Virus record (IMG/VR): IMGVR_UViG_3300020182_000010 | Location: 1 to 64,000 of that record | Strand: one strand, 5' to 3' | DNA from: a virus | Length of the DNA stretch: 64,000 nucleotides | Shown here: positions 1 through 11,494 of the stretch, one piece after another | How the letters are laid out: each line of letters opens with the position of its first letter | How positions within the stretch are numbered: the first letter of the stretch is position 1 | Position numbers and translations under genes: made by a program | The notes under the pieces: generated by a model | The model's input: only the letters and a program-made list of their open reading frames with translations | The model's database searches: none | Told to the model about the DNA's origin: nothing

Positions 1-660
1 GAAGGCGAGAGATATGGATGTAACTTTATTTACTATGCCAGATGACCCTCCATCGGTTGCACTAAATGTGATACTAAACTCACCAGCGTCTCCTGAATTA
101 GTACTTGGAGTAATTGTAAAAACATTATCTGTTTGTGATATTGTAGCAGTTGATCCAAGTGAGCCACTCGTTACTGCATAACTCCATGTAAGTGGAAATC
201 CTTCTGGGTCAGTGGATACTGCAGTAATCACAGTCGGTGTCCCATCGATGGCAAGATTATATGTTGAATCAACATTTGTAATTGCAGTGGGTGAATTATT
301 AATCATCGTTGCGATTAAATACCATGCAGAACCGGTATACATAAACAGTTTGTTATTCTCCAGTACTAATCCTTGGTCTCCTGCACTCATTCCGGTTTTT
401 GCAATGATTGCTGCCATATCTGCAAAAATTTCAGTAGATGATGCAGATGCGATGGATGTAAATGAAAAATTATTATTGCCGTCGGTTGTTAATAATTGGC
501 CTGCCGTTCCATCACTAATACTTAAATCAGTTAATGTACTTGCACTAGCCCCTGGCACAGGAGGTTTCCAAGTGTTTGAACTTGCAGTGTATGTATATGT
601 TACTCCGCCAACGGTAGCGATATCGCCATCTGATGGATTATCTGGAAAATTTATTGCCAT
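1..660 (-). CDS. Virion structural/fibre protein, runs off the window edge
   Basis: Own translation from ATG at 660: MAINFPDNPSDGDIATVGGVTYTY...DGTAGQLLTTDG...STDPEGFPLTWSY; same DPEGFP module as 679..2064. Confidence 0.75.
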   Translation of the reverse strand, partial: MAINFPDNPSDGDIATVGGVTYTYTASSNTWKPPVPGASASTLTDLSISDGTAGQLLTTDGNNNFSFTSIASASSTEIFADMAAIIAKTGMSAGDQGLVLENNKLFMYTGSAWYLIATMINNSPTAITNVDSTYNLAIDGTPTVITAVSTDPEGFPLTWSYAVTSGSLGSTATISQTDNVFTITPSTNSGDAGEFSITFSATDGGSSGIVNKVTSISLAF

Positions 661-678
661 TATTTAATTCCTTTTTTA

Positions 679-2064
679 TTATCCTGCCCACGGTGCAGTT
701 AAACTAGTCCCTGACATTATGGTATGGGCTTTTTGTAATTCACTAGAAGTTAAAACTGTATCCCACATCATAAATCCTAAAACTTCATGTTCGCTTGACC
801 AATCACCAGCGAGATATGCATTATAATCCATTCCCACATTAGGAAGGAAATTATACCCAGTTATCATTAATGAATTAAATTTATTACCAGTCAAGTCCAA
901 TGCATGATATGCTGCTTGGGAGTTGGTTACTATTGTTCCGTTGACTCTTATTGCAGGTGTTTCGCCAGGCCATCCATTTGTGTCTTGTTGAATAACTCCC
1001 GAACTGTTATAAAAAACTGTATTATAATCACCGGTGCTATGTGCACCACCGAACATGATGTTTTTAAACCCAGTCAATGCTGAAAAAATAACTACAACAG
1101 TCTTTGTTTGTGTTTCCATCGGACTACTAAAATTTATAGAAGTTCTGCTAATAGGCACAAATTTAAATACTTTATTGCCAGTGGTTCCTGCTGACAGATA
1201 TGAACCACCGCCTGGATTAATTGTTTCTGATACTGATGCTGGTGTGCCTAGGGCTATATTTGTAAAAGTATTACCAGTACCTGGATAACTTGCTGAATTT
1301 GAAAAATCAAAAAATCCTATATTTGCCGCTTGCTGTGGTAGGAATGACAGGTTAACTTCAACAGTTTTAGAGAGAATACTTAGTCCGTCCGATGCTTTTA
1401 TTCTGAGTGCAAAAGATCCAGCATCACTCGTAGTTGTTGATGGGGTCATTGTAAATGTTCCATCATTATTATTTACAATTGATGTTATCTGACTTGGGTT
1501 TGTAGGATTTGTGTCATAATCATACTCAATAGGAAATCCCTCTGGATCAACCGCTGCAGTTGTTATGATTGTACTAGTACCATCTTCTTCCAATGAATAT
1601 ATAGGATCTGGTTCTGTAGTCCAATTCGGTGTCGTATTTTCATCGCTGTAAATTCTATCCCACTCATTGCCATCATAAACATAAAGTGATGTATCTGATG
1701 TGACCCATGCCATGTCACCTTCACTTACCGTTGCGGCATTACGTGCTGTGATATCAGCATATGATGTTACCCCACCGCCGCTACCTGCTGGACCAGTTGC
1801 ACCGGTTGCACCACTAATACCTACCCATTGTGAAGATGTGCCATCATCGTAATATACATACATTGTTCCATCAGTAGTATCAAACCATAAATCGCCGTCT
1901 ATAGGATTACTGGGCGATGTCGTAGATGTTTCAATACTTGCACTAGTACCACCGCCCCCGCCGCTACCTGTTTCATCTAATAATGTTGTTTCAACACCGT
2001 TACTATCAACCACAAATTGTTTCTTTTGAACATTATCCCACTTAAATCCTCTTGCTCTTGCCAT
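679..2064 (-). CDS. Virion structural/tail fibre protein
   Basis: 461 aa; GDLWFDTTDGTMYVYYDDG motif, short collagen-like GxxGxx, DPEGFP module, lectin/LamG-like C-terminus. Confidence 0.7.
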   Translation of the reverse strand: MARARGFKWDNVQKKQFVVDSNGVETTLLDETGSGGGGGTSASIETSTTSPSNPIDGDLWFDTTDGTMYVYYDDGTSSQWVGISGATGATGPAGSGGGVTSYADITARNAATVSEGDMAWVTSDTSLYVYDGNEWDRIYSDENTTPNWTTEPDPIYSLEEDGTSTIITTAAVDPEGFPIEYDYDTNPTNPSQITSIVNNNDGTFTMTPSTTTSDAGSFALRIKASDGLSILSKTVEVNLSFLPQQAANIGFFDFSNSASYPGTGNTFTNIALGTPASVSETINPGGGSYLSAGTTGNKVFKFVPISRTSINFSSPMETQTKTVVVIFSALTGFKNIMFGGAHSTGDYNTVFYNSSGVIQQDTNGWPGETPAIRVNGTIVTNSQAAYHALDLTGNKFNSLMITGYNFLPNVGMDYNAYLAGDWSSEHEVLGFMMWDTVLTSSELQKAHTIMSGTSLTAPWAG

Positions 2065-2075
2065 CTTCTAATCCT

Positions 2076-4214
2076 TTACTGTGCTACTTCTGTAGTTTTT
2101 ACTACCGCAGTCCATCTAAATGTTTTACTTGCTTCGCCGGTTACTGAAATTTTAATAGAATCATTAGTATCATCTGCAGATGCTTCAACTAATAAATTTG
2201 TATTATCACTCGCTACTAGAATTTCATATAGATCACCAACATCTGCAACCGTTCCTGCAAAATTGTCAACAACACCTTTAAGTTCAAATCCTGCACTTTC
2301 ACCAGTCGCATCTGTTCTACGTGCTACAAAAGAAATATCATAGAATATTGTTGTATCTGTTGCTACTGGTATTCTTTCGTTAGGTGCCCCACGAACAAAT
2401 AATTCAGTTTCAGTTGCATCAGTTGTCGTGCCAGATAATACATATTGTTTTGTGTAATGATCGGAACTTATTGCTTGGTGTGTTATTGTTCTAAAAATAG
2501 TGGGATTTTTTACAGTTAAATCATCTATTGATGCTGTTGTGACACTCAATTGAGAATCGTTATTGCCAGTACCAACTGTTAGTACCGGATTATTTGCTAC
2601 TGTGTCACCAACATCACCATATAGTGCTCCTGAAAGATGAGCATTATGTCCAGAAAAGGTATCTGCTCCAGTAGTGTTAATTATTGTTGCGCCGGCTACT
2701 CCACCGACGGTTGGTGCTTTTATTTTTTCAATTTCAGCATCGTGAATTGTTAATAGGTCTCTCGTTGTACCAGTGGTAATAATTGGTGTATTTTGAGTAG
2801 GTGAAAGTACATCGCCATATAAGTCGCCTGCTACATTACCTGTTAATGTGTAAATACCTCCAGAGGCGTTTACTACTGTTGCACCGGTAGTTGGATGTAA
2901 AATGTTACCTTTAACATCTCCTGTAAATACCGGAAGGGTTGTCATAACACCTGTATTTGAATCATATGAAAGATTGCCAGTTGCTGAAATTGCAGAACGT
3001 ACAGAACTATCAGTGTACAATAATCCAGTTCCATCAGTTAAATCAGAAATATCTAGTGTGCCAAAACTAAATGCTGCAGCTCCATTTGTTCGTAAAACTT
3101 GTCCAGAAGTGCCATCTGTAATAGTATTTAAATCAAGTAATGAAGATGGAATACTAGGTGTATTAGTTAATGATCCATAATCTCCATCAAATGCATCCGT
3201 AATTCCATATCCTGCAATTGTTGTTGGTGTTCCTGTAAGGTCACTCCATGTAACAACATAGCCACTTAAATCTGGTGGAATATATGTGAATACACCAGTT
3301 GTATTATTATATGTAATTCCACCTGTTCCAGTTGCCGAAGCAGGACTGCCAACACTGAGATCAGTAGTACTAAATTGATTGGTAGGTACAAATTTACTAT
3401 TCGCATTATCCCACGATAATATTTGTCCGTTTGTTGGTGCAGTTGTTGTTAAGTCTACATCTGCCAAATCATCAATAGATGCATTTGCTATTCGTGCATC
3501 TACTTTAGAATCATCATAAAATTCATTGGATGATCCTTCTGCTATATCATCACTATCTACGATTAAATTATAATATGTTGTTCCATCATTCGTAAATGTC
3601 CATCTATCGGTAGACTCATTCCATGCAATAGAAACATTTGTAGAAGTTCCTCTTTCAATTTCCAACCCCGCATCTTCTGTTGGTGTGCCAGTAACATCAT
3701 TATTCAAAACAATAATATTATCAGATATTGTTAAGTTTGTAGTATCAATTGTGGTAACTGAGCCACTGACAATTAAATCTCCGCTAACGGTTAAATTATC
3801 AATATTACCGGTTGATGCCCAAATATTATTCCAAACTTTGGTAGAACTTCCTATATCATATGTATTTGTTGTTGTTGGTACAATATTACTTGCAACTGAA
3901 GTAAGATCACTGAAATCTGCCGGTATAAATTTACTATTAGAATTATCCCATACTAGTGTTTGTCCATCAGTGGGAGCATTACTTGAAATATCTACATCTA
4001 TTAAATCATTTATAGAATCTTGTTGAATATGCCAACCAGACGGAGAACGAAACTTTACTTTGTTAATATTATTATCTATCCATATATCACCATTATTGAC
4101 ATAGTATGATTCCGCCACAGGATCGGTATTGCCCTGATATATAGTTGTTCCTCGTTTACCTATTTTAAAATAGGGAACGGTAGTTCCCCTTGCATTCAGT
4201 GTTACTGCCATCAT
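2076..4214 (-). CDS. Virion structural/fibre protein
   Basis: 712 aa; DLxDV...PTDGQxLxWD fibre repeats; ISDNIIVLN...AGLEIERG module. Confidence 0.7.
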   Translation of the reverse strand: MMAVTLNARGTTVPYFKIGKRGTTIYQGNTDPVAESYYVNNGDIWIDNNINKVKFRSPSGWHIQQDSINDLIDVDISSNAPTDGQTLVWDNSNSKFIPADFSDLTSVASNIVPTTTNTYDIGSSTKVWNNIWASTGNIDNLTVSGDLIVSGSVTTIDTTNLTISDNIIVLNNDVTGTPTEDAGLEIERGTSTNVSIAWNESTDRWTFTNDGTTYYNLIVDSDDIAEGSSNEFYDDSKVDARIANASIDDLADVDLTTTAPTNGQILSWDNANSKFVPTNQFSTTDLSVGSPASATGTGGITYNNTTGVFTYIPPDLSGYVVTWSDLTGTPTTIAGYGITDAFDGDYGSLTNTPSIPSSLLDLNTITDGTSGQVLRTNGAAAFSFGTLDISDLTDGTGLLYTDSSVRSAISATGNLSYDSNTGVMTTLPVFTGDVKGNILHPTTGATVVNASGGIYTLTGNVAGDLYGDVLSPTQNTPIITTGTTRDLLTIHDAEIEKIKAPTVGGVAGATIINTTGADTFSGHNAHLSGALYGDVGDTVANNPVLTVGTGNNDSQLSVTTASIDDLTVKNPTIFRTITHQAISSDHYTKQYVLSGTTTDATETELFVRGAPNERIPVATDTTIFYDISFVARRTDATGESAGFELKGVVDNFAGTVADVGDLYEILVASDNTNLLVEASADDTNDSIKISVTGEASKTFRWTAVVKTTEVAQ

Positions 4215-4283
4215 GTGTCCTCAACGTCTGCGTATTATAAGTCAGATAATTATATCTGTCGTTAAGTTGTGTTATTCTTAATC

Positions 4284-4290
4284 TATTTAT
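4284..4290 (-). promoter_or_regulatory. Late promoter (ATAAATA, T4 late-like)
   Basis: TAAATA recurs upstream of late genes (about 4284, 9400, 17844, 23405, 36668, 36784, 38208, 48378, 51802, 57693; + strand 59488). Confidence 0.6.
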
Positions 4291-4333
4291 CTTATTATAC
4301 TAATATATCATATTATAATTATAAAGTCAAGGT

Positions 4334-4365
4334 AAAAAAAGAGGGACCTCTTTCGAAGCCCCTCC
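4334..4365 (-). terminator. Intrinsic terminator
   Basis: Minus strand GGAGGGGCTTCGAAAGAGGTCCCTC followed by T7. Confidence 0.7.
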
Positions 4366-4398
4366 TAAATTTTAAGTATTAATTAAACTAGTTAAAGT

Positions 4399-7300
4399 TT
4401 AAGGAGTAACTGGTGTCGGGATTGCTTTGTACTCAACAGAAACAATTGCTCGACCGACAGTTGGTGATGCGGATGAACCACTATTGCCAAGTGTTGCTGT
4501 AATAGTTGCGCCTTTAAGCGATGAGTCTTCGTAGCCTTGTTCAATAATGTATAGACCAGTTTCTGACATATCAACATCCAAAGGCGAAACGAATGTATTT
4601 GCTCCGTCTGACACAGTGATTTCATCACATCCCTGAAATGCTGTTGTAATTTTGATTGTTACAGATTTAACATAAAAGTCTTTACCTGCTACATCTTTGA
4701 TGTTACCTACTGTGAATGATGAAGGGCCTGTTGCAGTGAAATCTTTGCGAATGAAGTTATCACCAACTTTGGCAATCTCATCATCGACATATTTCTTAGT
4801 AGATACAACCATATCATCTGAATTATCAAAATCAATTACTGTATTTGCTGGTAGCATAACCATACCGCCAGTGCCATTAGCACTCGTAGTTTTTGGAGCC
4901 AATACTAGATTAACTTCAGTGCCGCCGACTGCTGCTAGTTCGATACCACCAATGCCGTTTTTGATTTCTAATGAATCTGTTGCAGTGGCTGTTTCAACGA
5001 ATGTTGCGATTAGTGTATCAGTCGCGCCAAGAACTTGTGTCTTGCCTGCAGTTGCACCGCCGAGACCGCCTTTAATAATGACATCACCAGAAATACCTGC
5101 TGCACCGCCGTTACCGCCTTTAAGGATTAGATCTCCTGCGTTTGTCGCATCAGAATTACCACCTGAAACAGTTAAATCAGTATCATCGTCACCTTGAAGA
5201 ACAGCTTCGCCTGATTGACCTACTAGGAATACGTCACCGCCATTTTGACCTTGAATATAAAGATCAACTAGTCCGGTTCCTGTAGCATTTTTAGCAGTCA
5301 TTGTTACACGACCCGCTGTGTTAGCTAAATCCAAGTATTCAGCACCAGTAGTCATACCTGATGTGTCAATTGCAAGATTGCCATTTATGTCACGTAATGT
5401 ACCTTGGTATCCATATGCTAATGCACCTGATCCATTTGCTATTAGAACTGTATGTTCTGACCCGGCAGCATCTAAACCTGTACCACCATTTGAGATTGGC
5501 GTAATACCAGTAATATCGGTAGTTACATCAACTTTATCATAACCTAGAGTACCTGCACCATCGACTTTTAGTACTGTCGAGGGAAGACCTTTTACTAGTT
5601 CTGCAACACCTGAACCTGAACCTGACATCTTCATCAGAGAATCATCTGCAAAGGTTGATGTATCAGTACCAGTACCACCATCGGTTGTTGCGATTGTTCC
5701 ACTTAGACCGAAACTTGCCGCTTGAATTTCACCAACGCTGATGTTAGCCATAGTGCCGTTAGCATCCTTTGATGACCACACATCGTCTGTTTCATCCCAA
5801 TACCATTTTGCATTGTGATCTGAACCACGATTTACTTCAAGACCTGAATCTTCAGTTGGTGCAATGTTACTAGCAACGTTTGAATTCAATTCGATCATGT
5901 TATCTTCGATAGCAACTGTTTCTGATAGTGTAGTTGTTACTGCACCTGAAACTGTTAGATTACCGTGGATTACTGCGTCAGTAGTAACTTCTAGCGATGC
6001 TAGAGTTGAAGCGCCTGCTGCAAGTGTGTTTGCACCAAAATCACCAGCTACTGCGAATGTTGCCGCTGTATCTGTTAGTGTCATTTTAGTTGAATTTGCG
6101 TTATCATCGATACCTGTTGATGCGAAGTTTGAGATTGTACCGCCATCAATTTTATCACCATCGATTGAGTTGACTGCTAAATTCAATGTACCTGCTGAAA
6201 CATCTAATGTACGGTTTGCACCTACAGTAATGTCATAGCCACTCATTGTAGAACCGGCTGTAGCACCAGTTAGGTTTGCATCAGAGATTGTTCCGCCGTG
6301 AATTGCATTACCAGATACTGAATCGTTAGTCAATGTCAAAGTTTGACCTGACAAGTCAATAGAAGTACCTGAAATAGAACCACCAGTAATATCAACGTTA
6401 GTTGAGTTTAGGTTTGCCGCTGTTACTGTTGCAAGGTCTGCTGTACCACCTGTTAGAGTTACGTTGTTTGACTCAAGTGTTGAGAATTTACCAGCTGCTG
6501 AACCGCCAACGCCCATACCAACAGTAGTTGCATTAATTGAACCACCGGTTAAAGTGACATCATCTGATGTTAGACTTGGGCCGTTAATCGTCCCAGCTGT
6601 TAGATTTACGTTGTTTGATGTTAGTTGTGAGAAAGTACCTGCTGCTGATCCATCCGTACCACCACCAATAGCAGTACCAGAAATTGTACCACCCGTTAGA
6701 GTTACGTTGTTTGACTCAAGTGTTGAGAATTTACCAGCTGCTGAACCGCTATCGCCCATACCAACAGAAGTTGAATTAATTGTACCACCAGTGATTGCAG
6801 CACCATCTGTTGTCATTGTTAAGAAAGTACCTGCTGCTGATGTGCCTCCACCAATAGTTACAGCGTCCGCTGTGCCACCGTTGATAGTTGCTGTTGTTGC
6901 CACTAGTGATGTAATTGTGATTGCATCAATTGTGCCGCCATCAATTGAATCGCCACTAATTTGGTTTGCTGCAAATACTAGACTTGTTGCCGCTGATACA
7001 TCTACTACATCACCTGCTTCTGCAGTTAAACTACCATAAACGCCGCCGTCTTTCAATAGAACTCCATCTATTGTTACGCCATTATTTAAAACAGTTTCAC
7101 TAATTTTCGGTACAAACAATTCAGTTGCGAATGTAGCATTCGTTCCTACAATGTCATTTCCAAAGGTAATATCAGAATCTTGAGTTAATTCATAGATTGT
7201 ATTAACTGCGATTGAGTCCATTGCTTGTGAACCAATTTTTAGGTCTGCTAGTGCCGTGCCTACTTTGAATTCCCAAACGTCATCTGTCTCATTCCACTGT

Positions 7301-9261
7301 AGTGTTGCTGAGTCTTCTGAACCACGGTCGATTTCGATACCTGCTGTGCCTGCTGTTACGCCTGCCGCTTGTTCGCCTTTGTTAAGAACGATTGAGTTAT
7401 CTGCAATCTCTGTGTTTGTTGTGTTTACTGATGTTAGTGAACCTGATACTGTTAGATCGCCATTTACAATTAGATTTGCATCAAACCTTGCATTTGTATC
7501 TTCTAGTGTCAAGATTGTAGTTGTTGTTCTAGCATCACCCTCCACTGTACCTAGTGGTGTTACATTATCATCAATACCTTGTGATGCGAAATCTGAGATT
7601 ACCCCACCATCAATATGATTACCTGAGATTTGGTCATTATCTAGTAGAAGTGCCTGACCGGTCATATTTAAATCTGTACCGCCGATTGCACCACCAGTGA
7701 TTGCAGCACCATTTGTTGTCATTGTTGTGAATGTACCTGCTGCTGGTGTGCCTCCACCAATAGTTACAGCGTCCATTGTGCCACCATTGATTGTAGCTGT
7801 ACCGATTGTTGCAGTTGTTAGATTTGAAGTTCCTGTTGCTGTTACACCGTCGTCTTTTAGTAATACACCATCAACTGTAACGCCAGTGTTTAGTGTTTTT
7901 TCATCGATTGTGTCAGCCGTAATACCACCGGTACCAACTGAAGCACCGCCGAAGTCAATGCCTGCTTGGGCAATGATTTTACTAGTAAATGTAATGTCAC
8001 CGCCGCCTGTACTTGCTGTAACCTCGTTTGTTTTTAATAGTGTGGTTGCGTCAATTGTTGTACCTGTCATTGCTACTGGAGTTTGGCTACCAATAACTGT
8101 ATTATCAATAAAACCACCATCGATATCAACTGAGATTGATGCTAGTGTTGAGAATTTACCCGCTGCTGAGGTTGTTATACCAATTGGAACATTGTCAATT
8201 TGAGAACCGTCTGCGCCGTCTACGTCTAGTACGCCGTCTACGTCTAGTGTTTTGCCAGTGCCAACAGCGATATCAAAACCACCGATTGAAATGTTTTCAC
8301 CACCAATAAGATTGGCTGAGTCAATTGTACCACCTGAGATTACGTCACCTGATAGTTGGTCGTTGTTTAGATCTAGCGTACCACTTGTTAGGTTTATTGT
8401 ACCACCAGTGATATTAACAAGGTTTGAGTTTTGTAACGCCATTGAACCTAAGCCCAAGTTTGTACGTGCACCTGCTGGATCAGTCGCAACATTTACTCCT
8501 AGACCACCATTTGCTAGTGGAAGAATACCTGCTACTGAAGTTGCTAGGTTAACTGCGCCATATGTCACGCCGCCGCCGCCGTCTGATTGTAAAACTTCGC
8601 CAATTGTCCCTGTGCCTGTCATTGAAATTTTGTCATTAATTATTGTAATAAATTCACCATCAACTTCTGCACTTATTGTATTACCTACTTTTGATAAACC
8701 AGTACCTGCTGTGATTTGGCCTGTACCTGTAAATTGTGAGAACGTAATCTCAGTTGTACCAACTGTAACTGTTCCGTTTGTACTACATACAAAACCTTGG
8801 TCTGAATTTGCTGTTCCTTCTTCAACAAAGAAGAATGATCCGACGAATTCGCCTGGAGCATCCATATCTATAGCACGATCCATCTCTGCACCAGCTGCAC
8901 TGAATACATAGATACCGTTCTGTGATGCGGTTGTTTGTGCTTTTACCAAGACACGGTCGCCTTGTGTTAGTGTTACGCCATCAATTTGTCCTGGTGGACT
9001 GTCGATCGTAATATTTGCTGATGTAGCAACTCTTACAGATTCTTTTACGTCAAGACCTTGTGCAACCTGATCAACATAGTTTTTACTTGCTGCGTGCGAA
9101 TCTGCTGTTGGTTCTGCAACGCCCAAGTTAGTTAAAGCGGTACCGTCTGATGTTACTTTGAACAGTGATCCGCCAGTATCGTATACGACTTTACCGCCGC
9201 CTTTACCATACTGTACTGACTGACCAATACCAGCAATACCGAAATTTTTAATTAAAGCCAT
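4399..9261 (-). CDS. Large virion fibre/structural protein
   Basis: 1620 aa; LDVKESVRVAT...DGVTLTQGDRVLVKAQTTASQNGIY domain; many ITGGTI repeats. Confidence 0.75.
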   Translation of the reverse strand: MALIKNFGIAGIGQSVQYGKGGGKVVYDTGGSLFKVTSDGTALTNLGVAEPTADSHAASKNYVDQVAQGLDVKESVRVATSANITIDSPPGQIDGVTLTQGDRVLVKAQTTASQNGIYVFSAAGAEMDRAIDMDAPGEFVGSFFFVEEGTANSDQGFVCSTNGTVTVGTTEITFSQFTGTGQITAGTGLSKVGNTISAEVDGEFITIINDKISMTGTGTIGEVLQSDGGGGVTYGAVNLATSVAGILPLANGGLGVNVATDPAGARTNLGLGSMALQNSNLVNITGGTINLTSGTLDLNNDQLSGDVISGGTIDSANLIGGENISIGGFDIAVGTGKTLDVDGVLDVDGADGSQIDNVPIGITTSAAGKFSTLASISVDIDGGFIDNTVIGSQTPVAMTGTTIDATTLLKTNEVTASTGGGDITFTSKIIAQAGIDFGGASVGTGGITADTIDEKTLNTGVTVDGVLLKDDGVTATGTSNLTTATIGTATINGGTMDAVTIGGGTPAAGTFTTMTTNGAAITGGAIGGTDLNMTGQALLLDNDQISGNHIDGGVISDFASQGIDDNVTPLGTVEGDARTTTTILTLEDTNARFDANLIVNGDLTVSGSLTSVNTTNTEIADNSIVLNKGEQAAGVTAGTAGIEIDRGSEDSATLQWNETDDVWEFKVGTALADLKIGSQAMDSIAVNTIYELTQDSDITFGNDIVGTNATFATELFVPKISETVLNNGVTIDGVLLKDGGVYGSLTAEAGDVVDVSAATSLVFAANQISGDSIDGGTIDAITITSLVATTATINGGTADAVTIGGGTSAAGTFLTMTTDGAAITGGTINSTSVGMGDSGSAAGKFSTLESNNVTLTGGTISGTAIGGGTDGSAAGTFSQLTSNNVNLTAGTINGPSLTSDDVTLTGGSINATTVGMGVGGSAAGKFSTLESNNVTLTGGTADLATVTAANLNSTNVDITGGSISGTSIDLSGQTLTLTNDSVSGNAIHGGTISDANLTGATAGSTMSGYDITVGANRTLDVSAGTLNLAVNSIDGDKIDGGTISNFASTGIDDNANSTKMTLTDTAATFAVAGDFGANTLAAGASTLASLEVTTDAVIHGNLTVSGAVTTTLSETVAIEDNMIELNSNVASNIAPTEDSGLEVNRGSDHNAKWYWDETDDVWSSKDANGTMANISVGEIQAASFGLSGTIATTDGGTGTDTSTFADDSLMKMSGSGSGVAELVKGLPSTVLKVDGAGTLGYDKVDVTTDITGITPISNGGTGLDAAGSEHTVLIANGSGALAYGYQGTLRDINGNLAIDTSGMTTGAEYLDLANTAGRVTMTAKNATGTGLVDLYIQGQNGGDVFLVGQSGEAVLQGDDDTDLTVSGGNSDATNAGDLILKGGNGGAAGISGDVIIKGGLGGATAGKTQVLGATDTLIATFVETATATDSLEIKNGIGGIELAAVGGTEVNLVLAPKTTSANGTGGMVMLPANTVIDFDNSDDMVVSTKKYVDDEIAKVGDNFIRKDFTATGPSSFTVGNIKDVAGKDFYVKSVTIKITTAFQGCDEITVSDGANTFVSPLDVDMSETGLYIIEQGYEDSSLKGATITATLGNSGSSASPTVGRAIVSVEYKAIPTPVTP
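6445..6765. repeat. Intragenic duplication (VGMG..GSAAGKFSTLESNNVTLTGGT x2)
   Basis: Near-identical ~75 bp copies at about 6445 and 6688. Confidence 0.8.
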
Positions 9262-9436
9262 TAAAGTTCTCCTATTATATAGCTATTAAATAAGAACACG
9301 AATAGAATTCGAGTCTTAAATTGGTTAAAGTTTTCATGAAAAATTTATCCGGGAAGAACACATCAGATAAATTAAAGTAAGAGTGTTATCTTACAATTGT
9401 ATTTATACTTCCTAGATTGTGTATTTTATACTAATA

Positions 9437-11470
9437 TTAAACGTATGTGACAATTACTTTTATTTCGCCGGCAGTTGCATCAAAATGTGATAACTTTGCC
9501 TTTATTTCTATTTCAGTTTCGCCCTCATAGTGATAATCTGAATTAGTTTCATACGAACCAATAGATTCTACATCATTAGAGTCCGAACTCATAAGACGAT
9601 CTGATTCTGCTGTTGTGCCAATCACTAAAGATGGAATATTGGCTGGCGTATAACCAGTCATCGGAGAAATAACTTCAACTAATACACTAACAACTTTTGA
9701 ATTATTGGACATTCTGCCTAACACAACAGTATCAGATGTTCCAAATCCAGATATTGGACAAGTGAATGTATGTGATAATGTACTTGCATCTGTTGCAGCA
9801 CTATCTTGATCTGCTACCAATGACCAGGCTGTTCCATCCCAAATGAATAGTGCCCACTCACCTTCGCCGCTGTCAAGAACATATGCTGCATCGCCTACCA
9901 GAACACCAGTGAGTGCATTTCTTTCTGCAATTCCAGCAACAACAGTTGTACCTGCTTTACGGACACCTTGTTCAACATTAAGACCAATAGCATATGATCC
10001 ATTATGTCCAGACAATACTCCAAAATCAACAGTTGGTCTACCAATTTCATCGGTTATTATTATCTCGCCGCCATCATCTCTTCTAAGTTGTAATACAAAT
10101 GCGCTTGCTGCAGCAGCATATGATAGTCCCAAAGCAGAAACAGAATTAGTTCCTGCAAAATTGTTTCCATTTGAATCAGGTGACACATTTACGATTGTAA
10201 TACTTCCACCATTTGCTTCAAATATTATTAAATTTCCATTTGCATGGTCTGCGGTTATAGAATTAATTCCTGCAGCGTTAATATCGTTCGCCATGTCCTC
10301 TGCGATTGCGACTGGCATTCCGAATGAACTTTGCCCGGCTGTAGTAGTTGTGAAATTAACCGCCGCGCCATTGATAGTTGCTGAGAATGGTGCAAATCCC
10401 CCAACAAGTCCATATGCATTTCCATATGTTTCACTATCAGATTCAATTTCATTAGGTGCTGGACTTGCTTCTGCAATTACTTTATGTTGATCAGTAAGAG
10501 CATTAATATCATCTTTTGCATTTGTCACACTCACAACACCGTTATTGCTTGTTAAAAATTGAACATCAATTCCATTAATTCCCATCTTGTCGCCGGCAGT
10601 ACAAGAGCCATTTGTAATAGTTCCTCGGGATATACTTGGTATTTGATCTTTAATCTTTAAGAAAATAGCAACATTTTGTTTTTCGGTTGTTAGTTCTCCA
10701 GTTCCATCAATTGCCGGATATATAAAATCACCTGCTGAACCTGGTAGCCCAGGTACAAAATCAATAACCCCATTTGCAGGTCTTAGAAGAAAATTATTTG
10801 GACCAGGGCCAGGATGTGTCACTGTGCCGACTAATCTATCCATATTATCTTGTCCTGCAACTTCAAACTCACCAGTGTCAGAATTCATACATATTACATC
10901 ACCTTCATCAAATCCGTGTGCATCTTGATTTAAAAGATAATTATTAGATGGATTTAGATACTTAAATCGTGAGTTTACGTTAGGATAAAAATCACTAGAA
11001 ACTGAGCCGACTGGTAGTGGATCAATCATAGGATCACCATTTTCATTAAGTTGAAATACAATTGCACTACCTGGAATATTAAATATACCAGTACCAGCCG
11101 CACTTCGAAAAGTGTTATATCTGAGTCTATCTTCTACCTGACAAGTGACTGACAATGCGGTTTTTTCTATTATTGAAACAATTTGCAATGCTCTACCATC
11201 TGTTGCGCCAGCAATAAAATCTCCAACAGTTATGTCAAATCCATCAAATCTAAATGGAGTACGTGTTAAATGTGAGCCATGATTAACCTGTGTAACACCC
11301 ATTGTTATTTCCCAACGGTATGCTTTAGCATTACTTGCACCTGACCACCAATTGTCGCCTAGGCCATCATCATGAGGCCAGGATGCAATATTTTTAGCAC
11401 TTGTTACAGTACATGATATAACTTTTGCCGGAACATTTAAATCTATTGCACTTGTCTTATAATTAATCAT
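9437..11470 (-). CDS. Virion structural protein
   Basis: 677 aa within the structural cluster. Confidence 0.65.
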   Translation of the reverse strand: MINYKTSAIDLNVPAKVISCTVTSAKNIASWPHDDGLGDNWWSGASNAKAYRWEITMGVTQVNHGSHLTRTPFRFDGFDITVGDFIAGATDGRALQIVSIIEKTALSVTCQVEDRLRYNTFRSAAGTGIFNIPGSAIVFQLNENGDPMIDPLPVGSVSSDFYPNVNSRFKYLNPSNNYLLNQDAHGFDEGDVICMNSDTGEFEVAGQDNMDRLVGTVTHPGPGPNNFLLRPANGVIDFVPGLPGSAGDFIYPAIDGTGELTTEKQNVAIFLKIKDQIPSISRGTITNGSCTAGDKMGINGIDVQFLTSNNGVVSVTNAKDDINALTDQHKVIAEASPAPNEIESDSETYGNAYGLVGGFAPFSATINGAAVNFTTTTAGQSSFGMPVAIAEDMANDINAAGINSITADHANGNLIIFEANGGSITIVNVSPDSNGNNFAGTNSVSALGLSYAAAASAFVLQLRRDDGGEIIITDEIGRPTVDFGVLSGHNGSYAIGLNVEQGVRKAGTTVVAGIAERNALTGVLVGDAAYVLDSGEGEWALFIWDGTAWSLVADQDSAATDASTLSHTFTCPISGFGTSDTVVLGRMSNNSKVVSVLVEVISPMTGYTPANIPSLVIGTTAESDRLMSSDSNDVESIGSYETNSDYHYEGETEIEIKAKLSHFDATAGEIKVIVTYV

Positions 11471-11494
11471 TTTAATTATTCCTTAAATCAGTTA

